DNA from: an uncultured Methylophaga sp.
GTDB taxonomy: Bacteria > Pseudomonadota > Gammaproteobacteria > GCF-002020875
Assembly: GCA_937877715.1 (NCBI GenBank)
Contig: CALEHW010000066.1
Location: 968-64,967 of the forward strand
Reading direction: 5' to 3'
DNA: 64,000 nt
The position numbers and the translations under genes were made by a program. Positions within the stretch are counted from its first letter, which is position 1, and the number at the start of each line of letters is the position of its first letter. This document shows positions 20,179 through 30,360 of this stretch, piece after piece. Below the pieces are notes generated by a model. That model saw only the letters and a program-made list of their open reading frames with translations. It had not been told where the DNA came from and did no database searches.

Positions 20179-21078
20179 ATGCGAGCACTTGCTGAATTCG
20201 TGATGCGTAGCCGTCTCCATGCGATGGGGATGACTGCGATGCTAGCGTTTACAACCCTGCTGTTGCCACCCGTCGGTTACCTGGCTGGTGCAGTTATTGG
20301 CCTGGTGACCCTGCGTCACGGGGCATCCGAGGGGTTGCTGACCCTGGTGGGCGGTCTGGCGCTGGCTGCTATAGTCAACAGTCTGAATGGTGGTAGTGCG
20401 GTAACAGTTGGTATTCTGGCGCTGTTCTGGCTTCCGCTCTGGACCCTCCTGGTGTTGTTGAGATCCAGTCAGTCACTCAGTGTCATGTTTCAGGTTGCCG
20501 CACTGTTTGGGGTTGCTGTACTGTTCCTCTTCTATCTTGTTGCAGAGGGTGATCCATCCATCTGGTGGCAGGAGGTAGTACAGGAGCTCTTTGCAGCTGC
20601 CGGTGAGGTGAGTGGCCACAACGGTGGGCAAGGTGTTGAGATGTTGCTGGATCCACGCCTGGCAGAGGTGCTGACAGGTATTATGGCTGCAGGATTCTTC
20701 CTGGGGTTGGTTGTAATGGCATTGATTGCCCGGGGCTGGCAGGCGATGCTCTATAACCCCGGGGGGCTGAAAGAGGAGTTTTTAGCACTGCAGCTGGGGA
20801 AAAATGCGGTATTTCTTGGGTTGGCAGTAATGCTGCCCGGGATGTTGATGGGGGATAGTGTACCCTCCATGGTTCCTGATCTGATGCAAATATGGATGAC
20901 ACTGTTCATGCTTCAGGGTATTGCAGTAGCACATGCGCTGCTGGATATAAGGACACAACGGAGAGGATGGATTGCTGCCCTCTATCTGGTGACACTGTTT
21001 ACCCCGATGGGTTTTATTGTGACTATGGTCGGGGTGACCGATGCCTGGGTGAATTATCGAAAACAGTTTGCCGTGTAG
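20179..21078 (+). CDS. DUF2232 (YybS-like) membrane protein
   Basis: MRALAEFVMR, LVTLRHG, ARGWQAMLYNPGGLKEEF; typical position between rpsR and rplI. Confidence 0.85.
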   Translation: MRALAEFVMRSRLHAMGMTAMLAFTTLLLPPVGYLAGAVIGLVTLRHGASEGLLTLVGGLALAAIVNSLNGGSAVTVGILALFWLPLWTLLVLLRSSQSLSVMFQVAALFGVAVLFLFYLVAEGDPSIWWQEVVQELFAAAGEVSGHNGGQGVEMLLDPRLAEVLTGIMAAGFFLGLVVMALIARGWQAMLYNPGGLKEEFLALQLGKNAVFLGLAVMLPGMLMGDSVPSMVPDLMQIWMTLFMLQGIAVAHALLDIRTQRRGWIAALYLVTLFTPMGFIVTMVGVTDAWVNYRKQFAV

Positions 21079-21164
21079 GGTGGTAGGTAACTGAAAGTAT
21101 CAAATTAATGGCACGGCTCTTTGCCATTTTCAAAGAGAGTCTGTAGATAAAAAAGGAAATTAAA

Positions 21165-21614
21165 ATGGATGTGATCCTGCTTGAAAAAGTGGCTAACCTG
21201 GGTGATCTCGGGGACAAGGTCTCAGTCAAACCCGGTTATGCCCGTAATTATCTTCTTCCTCAGAAGAAGGCCAAGGCTGCAACCGCGGAGAATCTGAAAG
21301 AGTTTGAAGAGAGTCGTGCGGAACTGGAGCGTATCGCTGCAGAGGCGCTCGCTACTGCAGAGGCGCGAGCTGAACAGCTGGCGACAATCAAACTGGAAAT
21401 TGCCCACCAGGCTGGTGAGGAGGGTAAGCTGTTTGGCTCCGTAACCGGTGCCGAGATTGCGGCCACCATTACCGAGGCTGGTGTCGAGGTTGCCAAGAGT
21501 GAGGTCCGCCTTCCAGTTGGCCCACTACGTGAACTTGGTGACCATGAGGTTACCATTCAGCTTCATACCGATGTCAGTTGTGATGTGACGGTGGTAATTG
21601 TTGCTGAGGAGTAA
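21165..21614 (+). CDS. rplI: 50S ribosomal protein L9
   Basis: [20 protein letters not shown]. Confidence 0.98.
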   Translation: MDVILLEKVANLGDLGDKVSVKPGYARNYLLPQKKAKAATAENLKEFEESRAELERIAAEALATAEARAEQLATIKLEIAHQAGEEGKLFGSVTGAEIAATITEAGVEVAKSEVRLPVGPLRELGDHEVTIQLHTDVSCDVTVVIVAEE

Positions 21615-21657
21615 TGGAGAACCGATAACCTTCTGAGATTTCAGCAGGTTGTTATAG

Positions 21658-21692
21658 ATAGCCTCTTCCGGATTGGAAGGGGCTATTTTTTT
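21658..21692 (+). terminator. rho-independent terminator after rplI
   Basis: ATAGCCTCTTCC-GGATT-GGAAGGGGCTAT followed by T-run. Confidence 0.85.
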
Positions 21693-21742
21693 GTCTGTTT
21701 AGTGGTCGAATTGTTCACCATTCTGGATTATCCTAGTCGGCC

Positions 21743-23122
21743 ATGTCTGAATCCTCACCAAAACTACCACCGCAACATATTGAGGCTGAGCAGTCCGTTC
21801 TGGGCGGATTGATGCTGGATAACAGTAGCTGGGATACGGTCTCTGATCGTGTGGTGGAGGAGGATTTCTACCGCAAGGATCATCGCCTGATCTTTCGCTC
21901 CATTGCCAGCCTTGCAGAGGAGAGTAAACCTTTTGATGTAATCACTCTGACCGAGTGGCTGGAGAGTCGCAACGAGGCAGAAAATGCGGGGGGGCTGGCC
22001 TATCTGGGAACCCTGGCAAAAAATACACCGAGTGCGGCCAATATTCGCCACTATGCCGATATTGTCAGGGAGCGTTCCATTCTGCGCAGCCTGGTCAAGG
22101 CCTCCAACGAGATTGCCGATTCGGCATTCAATACGGAGGGGCGCAAGGTGTCGGAGATTCTCGACCAGGCAGAACAGCTGGTATTTCAGATTGCGGAGCA
22201 GGGGAGCAGAAACCAGAAGGGATTTGAGGATATGAAGACCCTGCTTTCACGGGCGGTGGATCGTATTGATGACCTCTACAACACCAAAAGCGGTGCAGTG
22301 ACTGGAATTGCCACCGGTTTTGTCGATTTTGACCGCATGACCACAGGGTTGCAGAAGTCTGATCTCATAATTGTGGCGGGGCGTCCAGCAATGGGTAAGA
22401 CATCCTTTGCAATGAATATTGCCGAGACTGCCGCAGTCAAGGGTGGGGCGTCGGTGGCGGTATTCAGCATGGAGATGTCTGGTGAGCAGCTGGCTACTAG
22501 GCTGATATCCTCACTGGGGAGAATCAACGCTAACAAGGTGCGTACCGGGCAGTTGGAGGAGGATGACTGGCAGTATCTGATCAAGGCTGTTGATCAACTG
22601 AAAGACAGTAATATATTTATTGACGACACTCCAGCTCTCACCCCTACGGAGTTGCGCTCCAGGGTGCGCAGAATTGCCCGCAGCAATCATGGTTTGGATC
22701 TGGTGGTGATCGACTATCTGCAGTTGATGCAGGGATCTGGCAGGTCGGCCTCGGAGAACAGGGCAACCGAGATTGCTGAGATCTCACGCTCACTGAAGGC
22801 GATGGCAAAGGAGATGGATATCCCGGTAGTTGCACTGTCACAGCTCAACCGCTCGCTGGAGTCCCGTCCCAACCGTCGTCCGATAATGTCTGATCTTCGT
22901 GAATCAGGCTCAATTGAGCAGGATGCAGATATCATCGTCTTTATCTATCGGGATGAGGTCTACAACGAGGAGAGTCCTGATCGGGGTGTTGCTGAGATCA
23001 TTCTGGGCAAGCAGCGGCACGGCTCAATCGGCACGGTCAAGGTTGCATTCCACGGAGAGTACACTCGTTTTGACAATCTGGCCCCTACCTATATGACCAA
23101 CCACCCAAACCCACAAGAATGA
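21743..23122 (+). CDS. dnaB: replicative DNA helicase
   Basis: AEQSVLGGLML, GRPAMGKT, VIDYLQLM, SDLRESGSIEQDAD; no intein. Confidence 0.98.
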   Translation: MSESSPKLPPQHIEAEQSVLGGLMLDNSSWDTVSDRVVEEDFYRKDHRLIFRSIASLAEESKPFDVITLTEWLESRNEAENAGGLAYLGTLAKNTPSAANIRHYADIVRERSILRSLVKASNEIADSAFNTEGRKVSEILDQAEQLVFQIAEQGSRNQKGFEDMKTLLSRAVDRIDDLYNTKSGAVTGIATGFVDFDRMTTGLQKSDLIIVAGRPAMGKTSFAMNIAETAAVKGGASVAVFSMEMSGEQLATRLISSLGRINANKVRTGQLEEDDWQYLIKAVDQLKDSNIFIDDTPALTPTELRSRVRRIARSNHGLDLVVIDYLQLMQGSGRSASENRATEIAEISRSLKAMAKEMDIPVVALSQLNRSLESRPNRRPIMSDLRESGSIEQDADIIVFIYRDEVYNEESPDRGVAEIILGKQRHGSIGTVKVAFHGEYTRFDNLAPTYMTNHPNPQE

Positions 23123-24195
23123 GCCGACTGGCAACAGCCACCATTCATCTGCAGGCACTGCGGAATAATCTACAGCAGGTCAGGGAGCGGATCTCCGCAG
23201 GGGTAAAGATTGTTGCCGTAATCAAGGCCGATGGTTATGGCCATGGTCTGATAACAGTAGCTCGCGCTCTCCACCAGAGTGACCTTTTTGCAGTAGGCTG
23301 TATCGATGAGGCACTATCCCTGAAACAGCACGGTATCAATAGACCAACTCTGCTGCTGGAGGGGTTTGAAGGGGAGGAGGAGTTGTATGCAATCTCGCAA
23401 CTGGGGCTGCAGACCGTCATCCACTCCAGGGAGCAGTTGGCACTGCTGCGCTCCACAGAGCTGAAAAAACCGGTCACCATTTGGTTAAAGATAGAGAGCG
23501 GAATGAATCGACTTGGGCTCCCCGCCGAGCGTGCGGAGCAGGTGTTAAGTGAACTGCAGCGCCACAAGTCGGTGTCAGAGGTGGTGCTGATCTCTCACTT
23601 TGCCAATGCAGATGATCCTGACAACGGGATGAACTCGGAGCAACAGCATATTTTTGAGAGCTGCTGTCGGGAATCTGGACTCGATCGCAGCATGGCGAAC
23701 TCGGCCGCTCTCTTGTCCAATAGTGCCAGCCACTACCAGTTTGTCCGCCCGGGAATCATGCTCTACGGCAGCTCACCACTCCCAGAGCAGGGTGCGGAGC
23801 CGCTGGGGCTGCAAGCGGCCATGACTTTGCGAGCACCACTAATTGCAATCAAGGCCCTGAAAAAAGGTGATTCGGTTGGGTACGGATCAACCTGGAGTGC
23901 GCCGGAGGATATGAGTATGGGGGTGATCGCCATTGGGTATGGCCATGGCTACCCACGTCACCTGCCATCTGGAACCCCTGTCCTGATCAGCGGTGAGAGG
24001 GTGCCGCTGATCGGGCGAGTCTCGATGGATTTGGTTACTGTTGATCTGAGCTCACTGCCAGAGGCCAGGGTTGGGGATCTGGCAACCCTGTGGGGAGAGG
24101 GGCTGCCGGTAGACGAGATCGCGGCCCATGCGGAGACCATCTCCTACGAACTGCTCTGTCGCCTCACCTCACGGGTGGAGCGGCAAGAAGGGTAG
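23119..24195 (+). CDS. alr: alanine racemase
   Basis: VIKADGYGHG PLP lysine, GMNRLG, VRPGIMLYG, GRVSMD, TISYELLC. Confidence 0.96.
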   Translation: MSRLATATIHLQALRNNLQQVRERISAGVKIVAVIKADGYGHGLITVARALHQSDLFAVGCIDEALSLKQHGINRPTLLLEGFEGEEELYAISQLGLQTVIHSREQLALLRSTELKKPVTIWLKIESGMNRLGLPAERAEQVLSELQRHKSVSEVVLISHFANADDPDNGMNSEQQHIFESCCRESGLDRSMANSAALLSNSASHYQFVRPGIMLYGSSPLPEQGAEPLGLQAAMTLRAPLIAIKALKKGDSVGYGSTWSAPEDMSMGVIAIGYGHGYPRHLPSGTPVLISGERVPLIGRVSMDLVTVDLSSLPEARVGDLATLWGEGLPVDEIAAHAETISYELLCRLTSRVERQEG

Positions 24196-24199
24196 CATT

Positions 24200-25555
24200 T
24201 TGGCAAAGAGCAAGCTCGAATTTGTCTGCAGCGAGTGTGGTGACACCTCCCCCAAGTGGGCGGGGCAGTGTTCCTCGTGTGGGGGGTGGAACTGTCTGAC
24301 CGAGATGGTCACCCTCAAGTCCAAGGATGGTGGACGCTTCTCTGGATATAGTGGCGAAGGGGCCAGAGTGGTGACGCTGAATGAGTTGGAGTCGTCGGCA
24401 GAGATAATGAGCTCAACCGGGATCGGTGAGATGGATCGGGTGCTGGGAGGTGGTATGGTCCAGGGTTCGGTGGTGCTGATTGGCGGTGATCCGGGGATTG
24501 GCAAATCGACTTTGTTGCTACAGGTGATGGCAAAACTCTCTGCAGAGATGCCGGTACTCTACGTGACCGGCGAGGAGTCGGTGCTGCAGATCTCTCTCCG
24601 GGCCAGACGTCTGGGGGTGGACCCATCGAATATCGAACTGCTGACCGAGACCCAGGCCGAGCAGATTATTGGAACTTCACAGTCGCGTAAGCCGAAGGTG
24701 GTGGTGATCGATTCCATTCAGACCATCTACACAGAGGAGCTGACCTCAGCCCCCGGATCGGTTGCCCAGGTACGGGAGAGCACGGCACGGCTAGTGCGTT
24801 ATGCTAAACAGACAGGCACCTCGATCTTCCTGGTGGGACATGTCACCAAGGATGGATCGCTTGCGGGGCCCAGGGTGCTGGAGCATATGGTAGATACGGT
24901 GCTCTACTTTGAGGGTGATGGTGGTGGTCGTTATCGAGTTGTACGGGCGATCAAGAACCGTTTTGGTGCGGTTAATGAACTAGGGGTATTTGCGATGACC
25001 GAGCGTGGACTGCGGGAGGTCTCCAATCCATCAGCCATATTTCTCTCGCGCCACGAGACCCCGGTTGCCGGTAGCGTTACCATGGTGACCATGGAGGGGA
25101 CACGCCCTCTGTTGGTTGAGTTGCAGGCGCTAGTGGATGAGAGCCATTTATCCAACCCACGAAGAGTTACTATCGGTCTGGAACAGAATCGTCTGGCGAT
25201 GTTGCTGGCGGTGCTCCATCGACATGGAGGGGTTGTCAGTCACGATCAGGACGTATTTGTAAACGTGGTTGGAGGGGTGCGCATCTCGGAACCAGCAGCA
25301 GACCTTGCGGCAATCATCTCTATTATCTCCAGCCTGCGCAATCGTCCGATTTCAGAGGGGACCATAGTATTTGGTGAGGTGGGTTTAGTTGGTGAGGTAC
25401 GTCCGGTTCCGGGCGGTGAGGAGAGGTTGCGAGAGGCTGCAAAGCATGGCTTCAGCCGTGCCATTATTCCCAAGGCAAACAGCCCCAGAACGTCCATTGA
25501 TGGATTGGAGGTGGTGGCGGTCTCAAGATTGTCTGAGGTGTTGACCAGCCTCTGA
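24200..25555 (+). CDS. radA: DNA repair protein RadA/Sms
   Basis: CSECG..CSSC Zn finger, GDPGIGKST, KNRFG; TTG start 24200. Confidence 0.97.
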   Translation: MAKSKLEFVCSECGDTSPKWAGQCSSCGGWNCLTEMVTLKSKDGGRFSGYSGEGARVVTLNELESSAEIMSSTGIGEMDRVLGGGMVQGSVVLIGGDPGIGKSTLLLQVMAKLSAEMPVLYVTGEESVLQISLRARRLGVDPSNIELLTETQAEQIIGTSQSRKPKVVVIDSIQTIYTEELTSAPGSVAQVRESTARLVRYAKQTGTSIFLVGHVTKDGSLAGPRVLEHMVDTVLYFEGDGGGRYRVVRAIKNRFGAVNELGVFAMTERGLREVSNPSAIFLSRHETPVAGSVTMVTMEGTRPLLVELQALVDESHLSNPRRVTIGLEQNRLAMLLAVLHRHGGVVSHDQDVFVNVVGGVRISEPAADLAAIISIISSLRNRPISEGTIVFGEVGLVGEVRPVPGGEERLREAAKHGFSRAIIPKANSPRTSIDGLEVVAVSRLSEVLTSL

Positions 25556-25559
25556 GTAG

Positions 25560-26894
25560 CTACGGCTTTTTTCGCAGCAGGGGAAAGATAAGCACGCTGT
25601 GGACAACACTCTCTGACGCCCCGACCACCTCAATCGGATACCCGTTGATCATCATGCTGATGCCGCTCTCTGGAATATTCTCCAGATGCTCGAGGATAAG
25701 CCCGTTCATGGTTTTGGGCCCATCCAGTGGCAGATCCCACCCCATGCTCTTCTCAATCTCTCTGAGGTTGGCACCACCATCAACCAGAAAAGAGCCGTCA
25801 TCCTGTGGATGAACCTCGGAGATGGTATCCGATATATCTGTGGTGAACTCTCCCACAATCTCCTCCAGCAGATCTTCCAGGGTAACCAGCCCCTGAATAT
25901 CGCCGTACTCATCTACCACTAGCCCCATCCGTCTCTTGAGTTTTTGAAACTGCAGCAACTGATTGTTGAGGGTGGTTCTCTCTGGAATGAACAATGGACT
26001 ACGCAGCACATTTATGAGATCACTCTTCTCATCATTTTTATACTGCTCAATCACCTCTATCGCGGGCTCGTGATGACCTTTAGATACCTCTGATGGTGTC
26101 GATTTTGAGGTGTGGAGGTGGAGGGCGTCACGCATATGGAGGATGCCGAGAAGGTGCTCGGTATTGTCGCGAAACACCGGGAGTCGTGTATGTTGGGTGA
26201 AGGAGAGTTGGGTAAGAATTTCGTTCCAGTCGTTCTCGATGTCTATCCCTACGATCTCGTTGCGGGGGACCATGATGTCCTCTACAGTCACCTCCTCCAG
26301 ATCAAGGATACTGGTCAGCATTGCCTGATGTTTCTTGGGGATCAGCCCGCCTGCCTCCTTGACCACAGTCCTGAGCTCCTCCCTGGATAGATGGTCGGCC
26401 TGGGATGGGTCTATCTTGACCCCGGCGAGTCGCAGAATCAGGCGGGTGATCCAGTTGATCAGCCGCACCAGTGGATAGAGCAGACGCAGTAGAGGGGTCA
26501 GGATGAATGCTGCTGGGTATGCAAAGCGTTCCGGTGAGAGTGCTGCAATCGTCTTTGGGGTAACCTCTGCAAAGATAAGGATCACAAAGGTGAGGGCGCC
26601 TGTGGCGATGGCAATACCGGTATTACCAAAGAGGCGGAGACCGATCAGGGTGGCAATTGCCGAGGCAAGAATATTGACAAAGTTGTTGCCCAGCAGAATC
26701 AGTCCGATCAACCGTTCTGGATGTTCCAGCAGGGCGGATACGGAGCGGGCACCGCGATGGCCAATACGTGAGAGGTGACGCAGGCGATAGCGGTTGATCG
26801 CCATCATGCTGGTCTCTGATCCGGAAAAGAATGCGGAGATCAGAACCAGCAAAAAAAGAATCCCTGCAAGAATCTCAGTTGGGATCTCGCTCAA
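25560..26894 (-). CDS. HlyC/CorC (CNNM) family transporter-associated protein, YfjD-like
   Basis: SAFFSGSET, ILLGNNFVN, CBS pair, VVDEYGDIQGLVTLEDLLEEIVGEF. Confidence 0.93.
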   Translation of the reverse strand: MSEIPTEILAGILFLLVLISAFFSGSETSMMAINRYRLRHLSRIGHRGARSVSALLEHPERLIGLILLGNNFVNILASAIATLIGLRLFGNTGIAIATGALTFVILIFAEVTPKTIAALSPERFAYPAAFILTPLLRLLYPLVRLINWITRLILRLAGVKIDPSQADHLSREELRTVVKEAGGLIPKKHQAMLTSILDLEEVTVEDIMVPRNEIVGIDIENDWNEILTQLSFTQHTRLPVFRDNTEHLLGILHMRDALHLHTSKSTPSEVSKGHHEPAIEVIEQYKNDEKSDLINVLRSPLFIPERTTLNNQLLQFQKLKRRMGLVVDEYGDIQGLVTLEDLLEEIVGEFTTDISDTISEVHPQDDGSFLVDGGANLREIEKSMGWDLPLDGPKTMNGLILEHLENIPESGISMMINGYPIEVVGASESVVHSVLIFPLLRKKP

Positions 26895-26897
26895 AGG

Positions 26898-27710
26898 TTA
26901 ACCCCCTGTTGCGGTGCTGAGCAAAATTTCAACCACAAAGCGGCTGCCAAAGTAACCGAGGAACAGTGCGGCGAAACCACTCAGGGTCCAGCGTACTGCG
27001 GTTCTTCCACGCCAGCCATGTCTTCTCCTCCCCCAGAGCAGTGCTGCAAACACCATCCATGAGATGATGGAGAGCAGAGCGGTATGTGCACGCTGCTGGG
27101 CAAACATATCCTCGACCAGCGGGATTGCACTTAGTAGTGCCAGGGTAAGCATGACCAGCCCGGCCCGAATTAGCTGAAACATCAGATGCTCCACCTCAAT
27201 CATTGGAGGTAGCGCACGAATAAACCCTCCCGGTTGCTTGTTGCGTAGATGCTTCTCCTGAATAGCCAGCAGGATCGCCTGGAGGGCGGCAACTCCAAGC
27301 AAGCTGTATGCCAGCATGGAGAGCAGAATATGGGCATCAAGTGCGGTTGATGCAGCATGTCTGACCGCTTCCGGATTGGCTATCTGCAGCAGTACCGTCA
27401 CTGTGGCTACAGGAAAGATGATGATTCCAAGGTTACCAACCGGACGAAATATCCAGGTAATCTCAAGTAGTAGTACTAGCAGCCAGCTGGTGATGGAGAG
27501 GGCATGAAAGAAGCCCAGATTTACCCACTGTTCCACCACCAGAATAGTGAGCAGATGGGTATGAAAAAGGATACCAGCTGCACCAATCAACTTGAGACCG
27601 TTTCTGTGATGGTCAAAACAGGAGATGCCTTGTGCCAGCAGTCGACCGAGCCCTATTGCTGCAATCAGATAGAGCAGGCTGGCAACCATTCCTGAGGTGG
27701 TAAAGCTCAT
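26898..27710 (-). CDS. YpjD / CcsA-like cytochrome c assembly family membrane protein
   Basis: Many TM helices, HILLSMLAYS, LPP, GRRRHGWRG, YFGSRFV; divergent from ffh; AGGAG before ATG 27710. Confidence 0.88.
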   Translation of the reverse strand: MSFTTSGMVASLLYLIAAIGLGRLLAQGISCFDHHRNGLKLIGAAGILFHTHLLTILVVEQWVNLGFFHALSITSWLLVLLLEITWIFRPVGNLGIIIFPVATVTVLLQIANPEAVRHAASTALDAHILLSMLAYSLLGVAALQAILLAIQEKHLRNKQPGGFIRALPPMIEVEHLMFQLIRAGLVMLTLALLSAIPLVEDMFAQQRAHTALLSIISWMVFAALLWGRRRHGWRGRTAVRWTLSGFAALFLGYFGSRFVVEILLSTATGG

Positions 27711-27826
27711 ATGTACTCCTTGATACTGTTTTTTTGTTGATGATGTCATACCAACAGCGTTTAGTCAGTAGAATTGGATATAATTTGTATCTTGTGAATA
27801 AAATTTAAGAGAGCAGAATAAGAACC

Positions 27827-29206
27827 ATGTTTGATAATCTGAGTGAACGGCTAAATCGAACCTTCAAGAGTCTGAGAGGGCAGGGGCGTCTGAGTGACGA
27901 CAATATTGCCCAGTCACTTCGTGAGGTACGGATGGCGTTGCTGGAGGCGGATGTGGCGCTTCCCGTGGTGAAGTTATTTATTGAGCAGGTGAGGCAGCGT
28001 GCTGTTGGTCAGGAGGTCTCCACCAGCCTTACCCCGGGGCAGGCGCTTGTGAAGATTGTCCAGTCTGAACTTGTCTTACTGATGGGTGAGGTCAATGAAA
28101 GTCTGGATCTCCGAGCGCAACCCCCCGCCGTTATTATGATGGCAGGTCTGCAAGGTGCCGGTAAGACAACCAGTGTAGCCAAGCTTGCTCACCTTCTGCA
28201 GCAGCGTGAGACGAAAAAGGTGATGGTTGCCAGTGCGGATATTTACCGTCCAGCTGCAATTGAGCAGTTGCGGATTCTGGCTGATGAGGTGGGCGCCTCT
28301 TTCTTTTCCAGTGATGCGAGCCAGAGGCCGGTAGATATCGCAAAATCGGCACTGCAGCAGGCCAGAAAACAGTTTGTTGATGTTCTGATTCTTGACACTG
28401 CCGGTCGTCTTCACGTGGATGAGGAGATGATGGGAGAGATCAGAGAGCTTCATGCTACGGTAGAGCCGGTAGAGACGCTCTTTGTGGTCGATAGCATGAC
28501 AGGGCAGGATGCCGCCAACAGTGCCAGAGCATTTGACCAGGCGCTACCGCTGACGGGTGTTGTATTGACCAAGACGGATGGTGACGCACGAGGTGGTGCT
28601 GCACTCTCGGTACGACAGATTACCGGCAAGCCGATCAAGTTCCTCGGGGTTGGGGAGAAGGTTGGCGACCTTGAGCCATTCCATCCCGACCGCATAGCAT
28701 CAAGAATACTCGGTATGGGGGATACCCTCACCCTGATTGAGGATCTGGAACGCAAGGTTGACAAGAAGAAGGCCGATAAGCTTGCCAAAAAGGTGCGCAA
28801 GGGCAAGGGCTTTGACCTAGCAGATTTTCGCGACCAGCTGCAGCAGATGCAGGGGATTGGGGGTATCGCATCGATGATGGATAAATTGCCGGGGGTGGCC
28901 AATTTGCCGGACAAGGTAAAGGGGCAGGTCAATGATCGGGAGTTTGTCCGTATGGAGGCGATGATAAATTCAATGACCCCCAAGGAGCGACGTCGCCCTG
29001 ATCTTATCAAGGGGTCGAGAAAGAGGAGAATCACCAAGGGGTCCGGAACTACGGTTCAGGATCTGAATCGTCTTCTCAAGCAGTTCAAGCAGATGCAGAA
29101 GATGATGAAAAAGATGAAGGGTGGAAAGATGGCCAGAATGATGAGTGGTATGGGAGGAGGTATGCCAGGGGGCGGAATGCCCGGCGGCGGCAGAATGCCA
29201 TTTTAA
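27827..29206 (+). CDS. ffh: signal recognition particle protein
   Basis: MFDNLSERL, GLQGAGKTT, DTAGR, DGDARGG, Met-rich M domain. Confidence 0.98.
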   Translation: MFDNLSERLNRTFKSLRGQGRLSDDNIAQSLREVRMALLEADVALPVVKLFIEQVRQRAVGQEVSTSLTPGQALVKIVQSELVLLMGEVNESLDLRAQPPAVIMMAGLQGAGKTTSVAKLAHLLQQRETKKVMVASADIYRPAAIEQLRILADEVGASFFSSDASQRPVDIAKSALQQARKQFVDVLILDTAGRLHVDEEMMGEIRELHATVEPVETLFVVDSMTGQDAANSARAFDQALPLTGVVLTKTDGDARGGAALSVRQITGKPIKFLGVGEKVGDLEPFHPDRIASRILGMGDTLTLIEDLERKVDKKKADKLAKKVRKGKGFDLADFRDQLQQMQGIGGIASMMDKLPGVANLPDKVKGQVNDREFVRMEAMINSMTPKERRRPDLIKGSRKRRITKGSGTTVQDLNRLLKQFKQMQKMMKKMKGGKMARMMSGMGGGMPGGGMPGGGRMPF

Positions 29207-29225
29207 GGGGGTAACCGCTTATGCC

Positions 29226-29400
29226 TATGAATGTGGGTTTGATTATCTCCTCAGAGGCCGCTGCTTCCCCTGTTTTTCTTTAATTTTTCGGCACCTGCTC
29301 AAACTTGCCACGCTCAAACACGAGTGGGCTTATTCTGTAAAGTTAAAGAAAAACAGGGCGCCGTCAATTCGTCGATAATCAACCTCCATCCATATTCACA
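29226..29400. repeat. long imperfect inverted repeat (palindromic element or structured RNA)
   Basis: Perfect 16 bp arms 29268-29283/29343-29358, 9 bp arms 29239-29247/29374-29382, wobble arms 29226-29236/29390-29400. Confidence 0.8.
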
Positions 29401-29425
29401 ACCAGTAATCTCTCAAGTAAAAATC

Positions 29426-29454
29426 TTCACTTCAATAATTTCATGGAGTATAAT
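29426..29454 (+). promoter_or_regulatory. sigma70 promoter of rpsP operon
   Basis: TTCACT-17 nt-TATAAT followed by GC-rich discriminator. Confidence 0.7.
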
Positions 29455-29538
29455 GCTCCGCCAACAGGAACCGGCTCATATAAGTTGATTGAGGTCGGTT
29501 TTTTTCATCCGTAATTATTTGAGAACTGGAAATAAAAA

Positions 29539-29793
29539 ATGGTAGTAATTCGTCTTGCACGTGGTGGTGCAAAAAAGCGTCCTTTCTACAGGATTGTTGC
29601 AACTGACAAGAGAAACAGCCGTGATGGCCGTTTCCTGGAGAAGTTGGGTTATTTCAATCCCGTTGCCTCTGGCAGTGAGAAGCGTCTGGAGATGGATGTG
29701 GATCGTCTGGAGCATTGGGTCTCCAAGGGTGCACAGCTCTCGGATCGTGTTGCCAGTCTGGTCAAAGAGAACGGCAAGGCCGTAGCTGCCTAA
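29539..29793 (+). CDS. rpsP: 30S ribosomal protein S16
   Basis: [24 protein letters not shown]. Confidence 0.98.
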   Translation: MVVIRLARGGAKKRPFYRIVATDKRNSRDGRFLEKLGYFNPVASGSEKRLEMDVDRLEHWVSKGAQLSDRVASLVKENGKAVAA

Positions 29794-29844
29794 TTGACTT
29801 GCCGTTTTGCTCCTCGTCGAGCAGAGCGGATGGCTCATCATCAG

Positions 29845-30360
29845 ATGAATAAGAAGTCCACTGATTCCCCTGTTGTTCTGGGAAGAGTTAGTGGACTTTT
29901 TGGCGTTCGTGGGTGGGTGAAAATCCATTCTCATACCTCTCCTCGCGAAAATATTCTCTACTACAAGAGATGGAATCTGTCGCTGGACGGCAAGCAGCTG
30001 GAGGTTGCTCTTAGCCAGGGTCATAGGCAGAGCAAGGGGATTGTCGCCCTTATCGATGGCTTCAATGAGAGAACGGCATCTGAGCAGCTGATTGGTGCCG
30101 AGATCTCGGTTGGACGTGATGAGCTGAAGAGTCTGAAACCGGGGGAGTACTACTGGTCGGATCTGATTGGCTGTCAGGTTATCAACCTTGAGGGGGAGCT
30201 GTTGGGTGAGGTGGAGGATATGATCGAGACCGGGGCTAATGATGTTATGGTTGTCAAGGGTGAGGGAGGAGAGCGCCTGCTTCCGTTTGTCGATCCCTGG
30301 CTGGTGGAGGTTGAATTGGAGAAGAAGAGGATCACCGTGGAGTGGGAGGCTGATTTCTAG
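29845..30360 (+). CDS. rimM: ribosome maturation factor RimM
   Basis: [25 protein letters not shown]; start uncertain. Confidence 0.95.
   Translation: MNKKSTDSPVVLGRVSGLFGVRGWVKIHSHTSPRENILYYKRWNLSLDGKQLEVALSQGHRQSKGIVALIDGFNERTASEQLIGAEISVGRDELKSLKPGEYYWSDLIGCQVINLEGELLGEVEDMIETGANDVMVVKGEGGERLLPFVDPWLVEVELEKKRITVEWEADF

Noticed and set aside
29140-29206. GGGMP repeats at the Ffh C-terminus
   Set aside because: Gly/Met-rich tails are common in Ffh.
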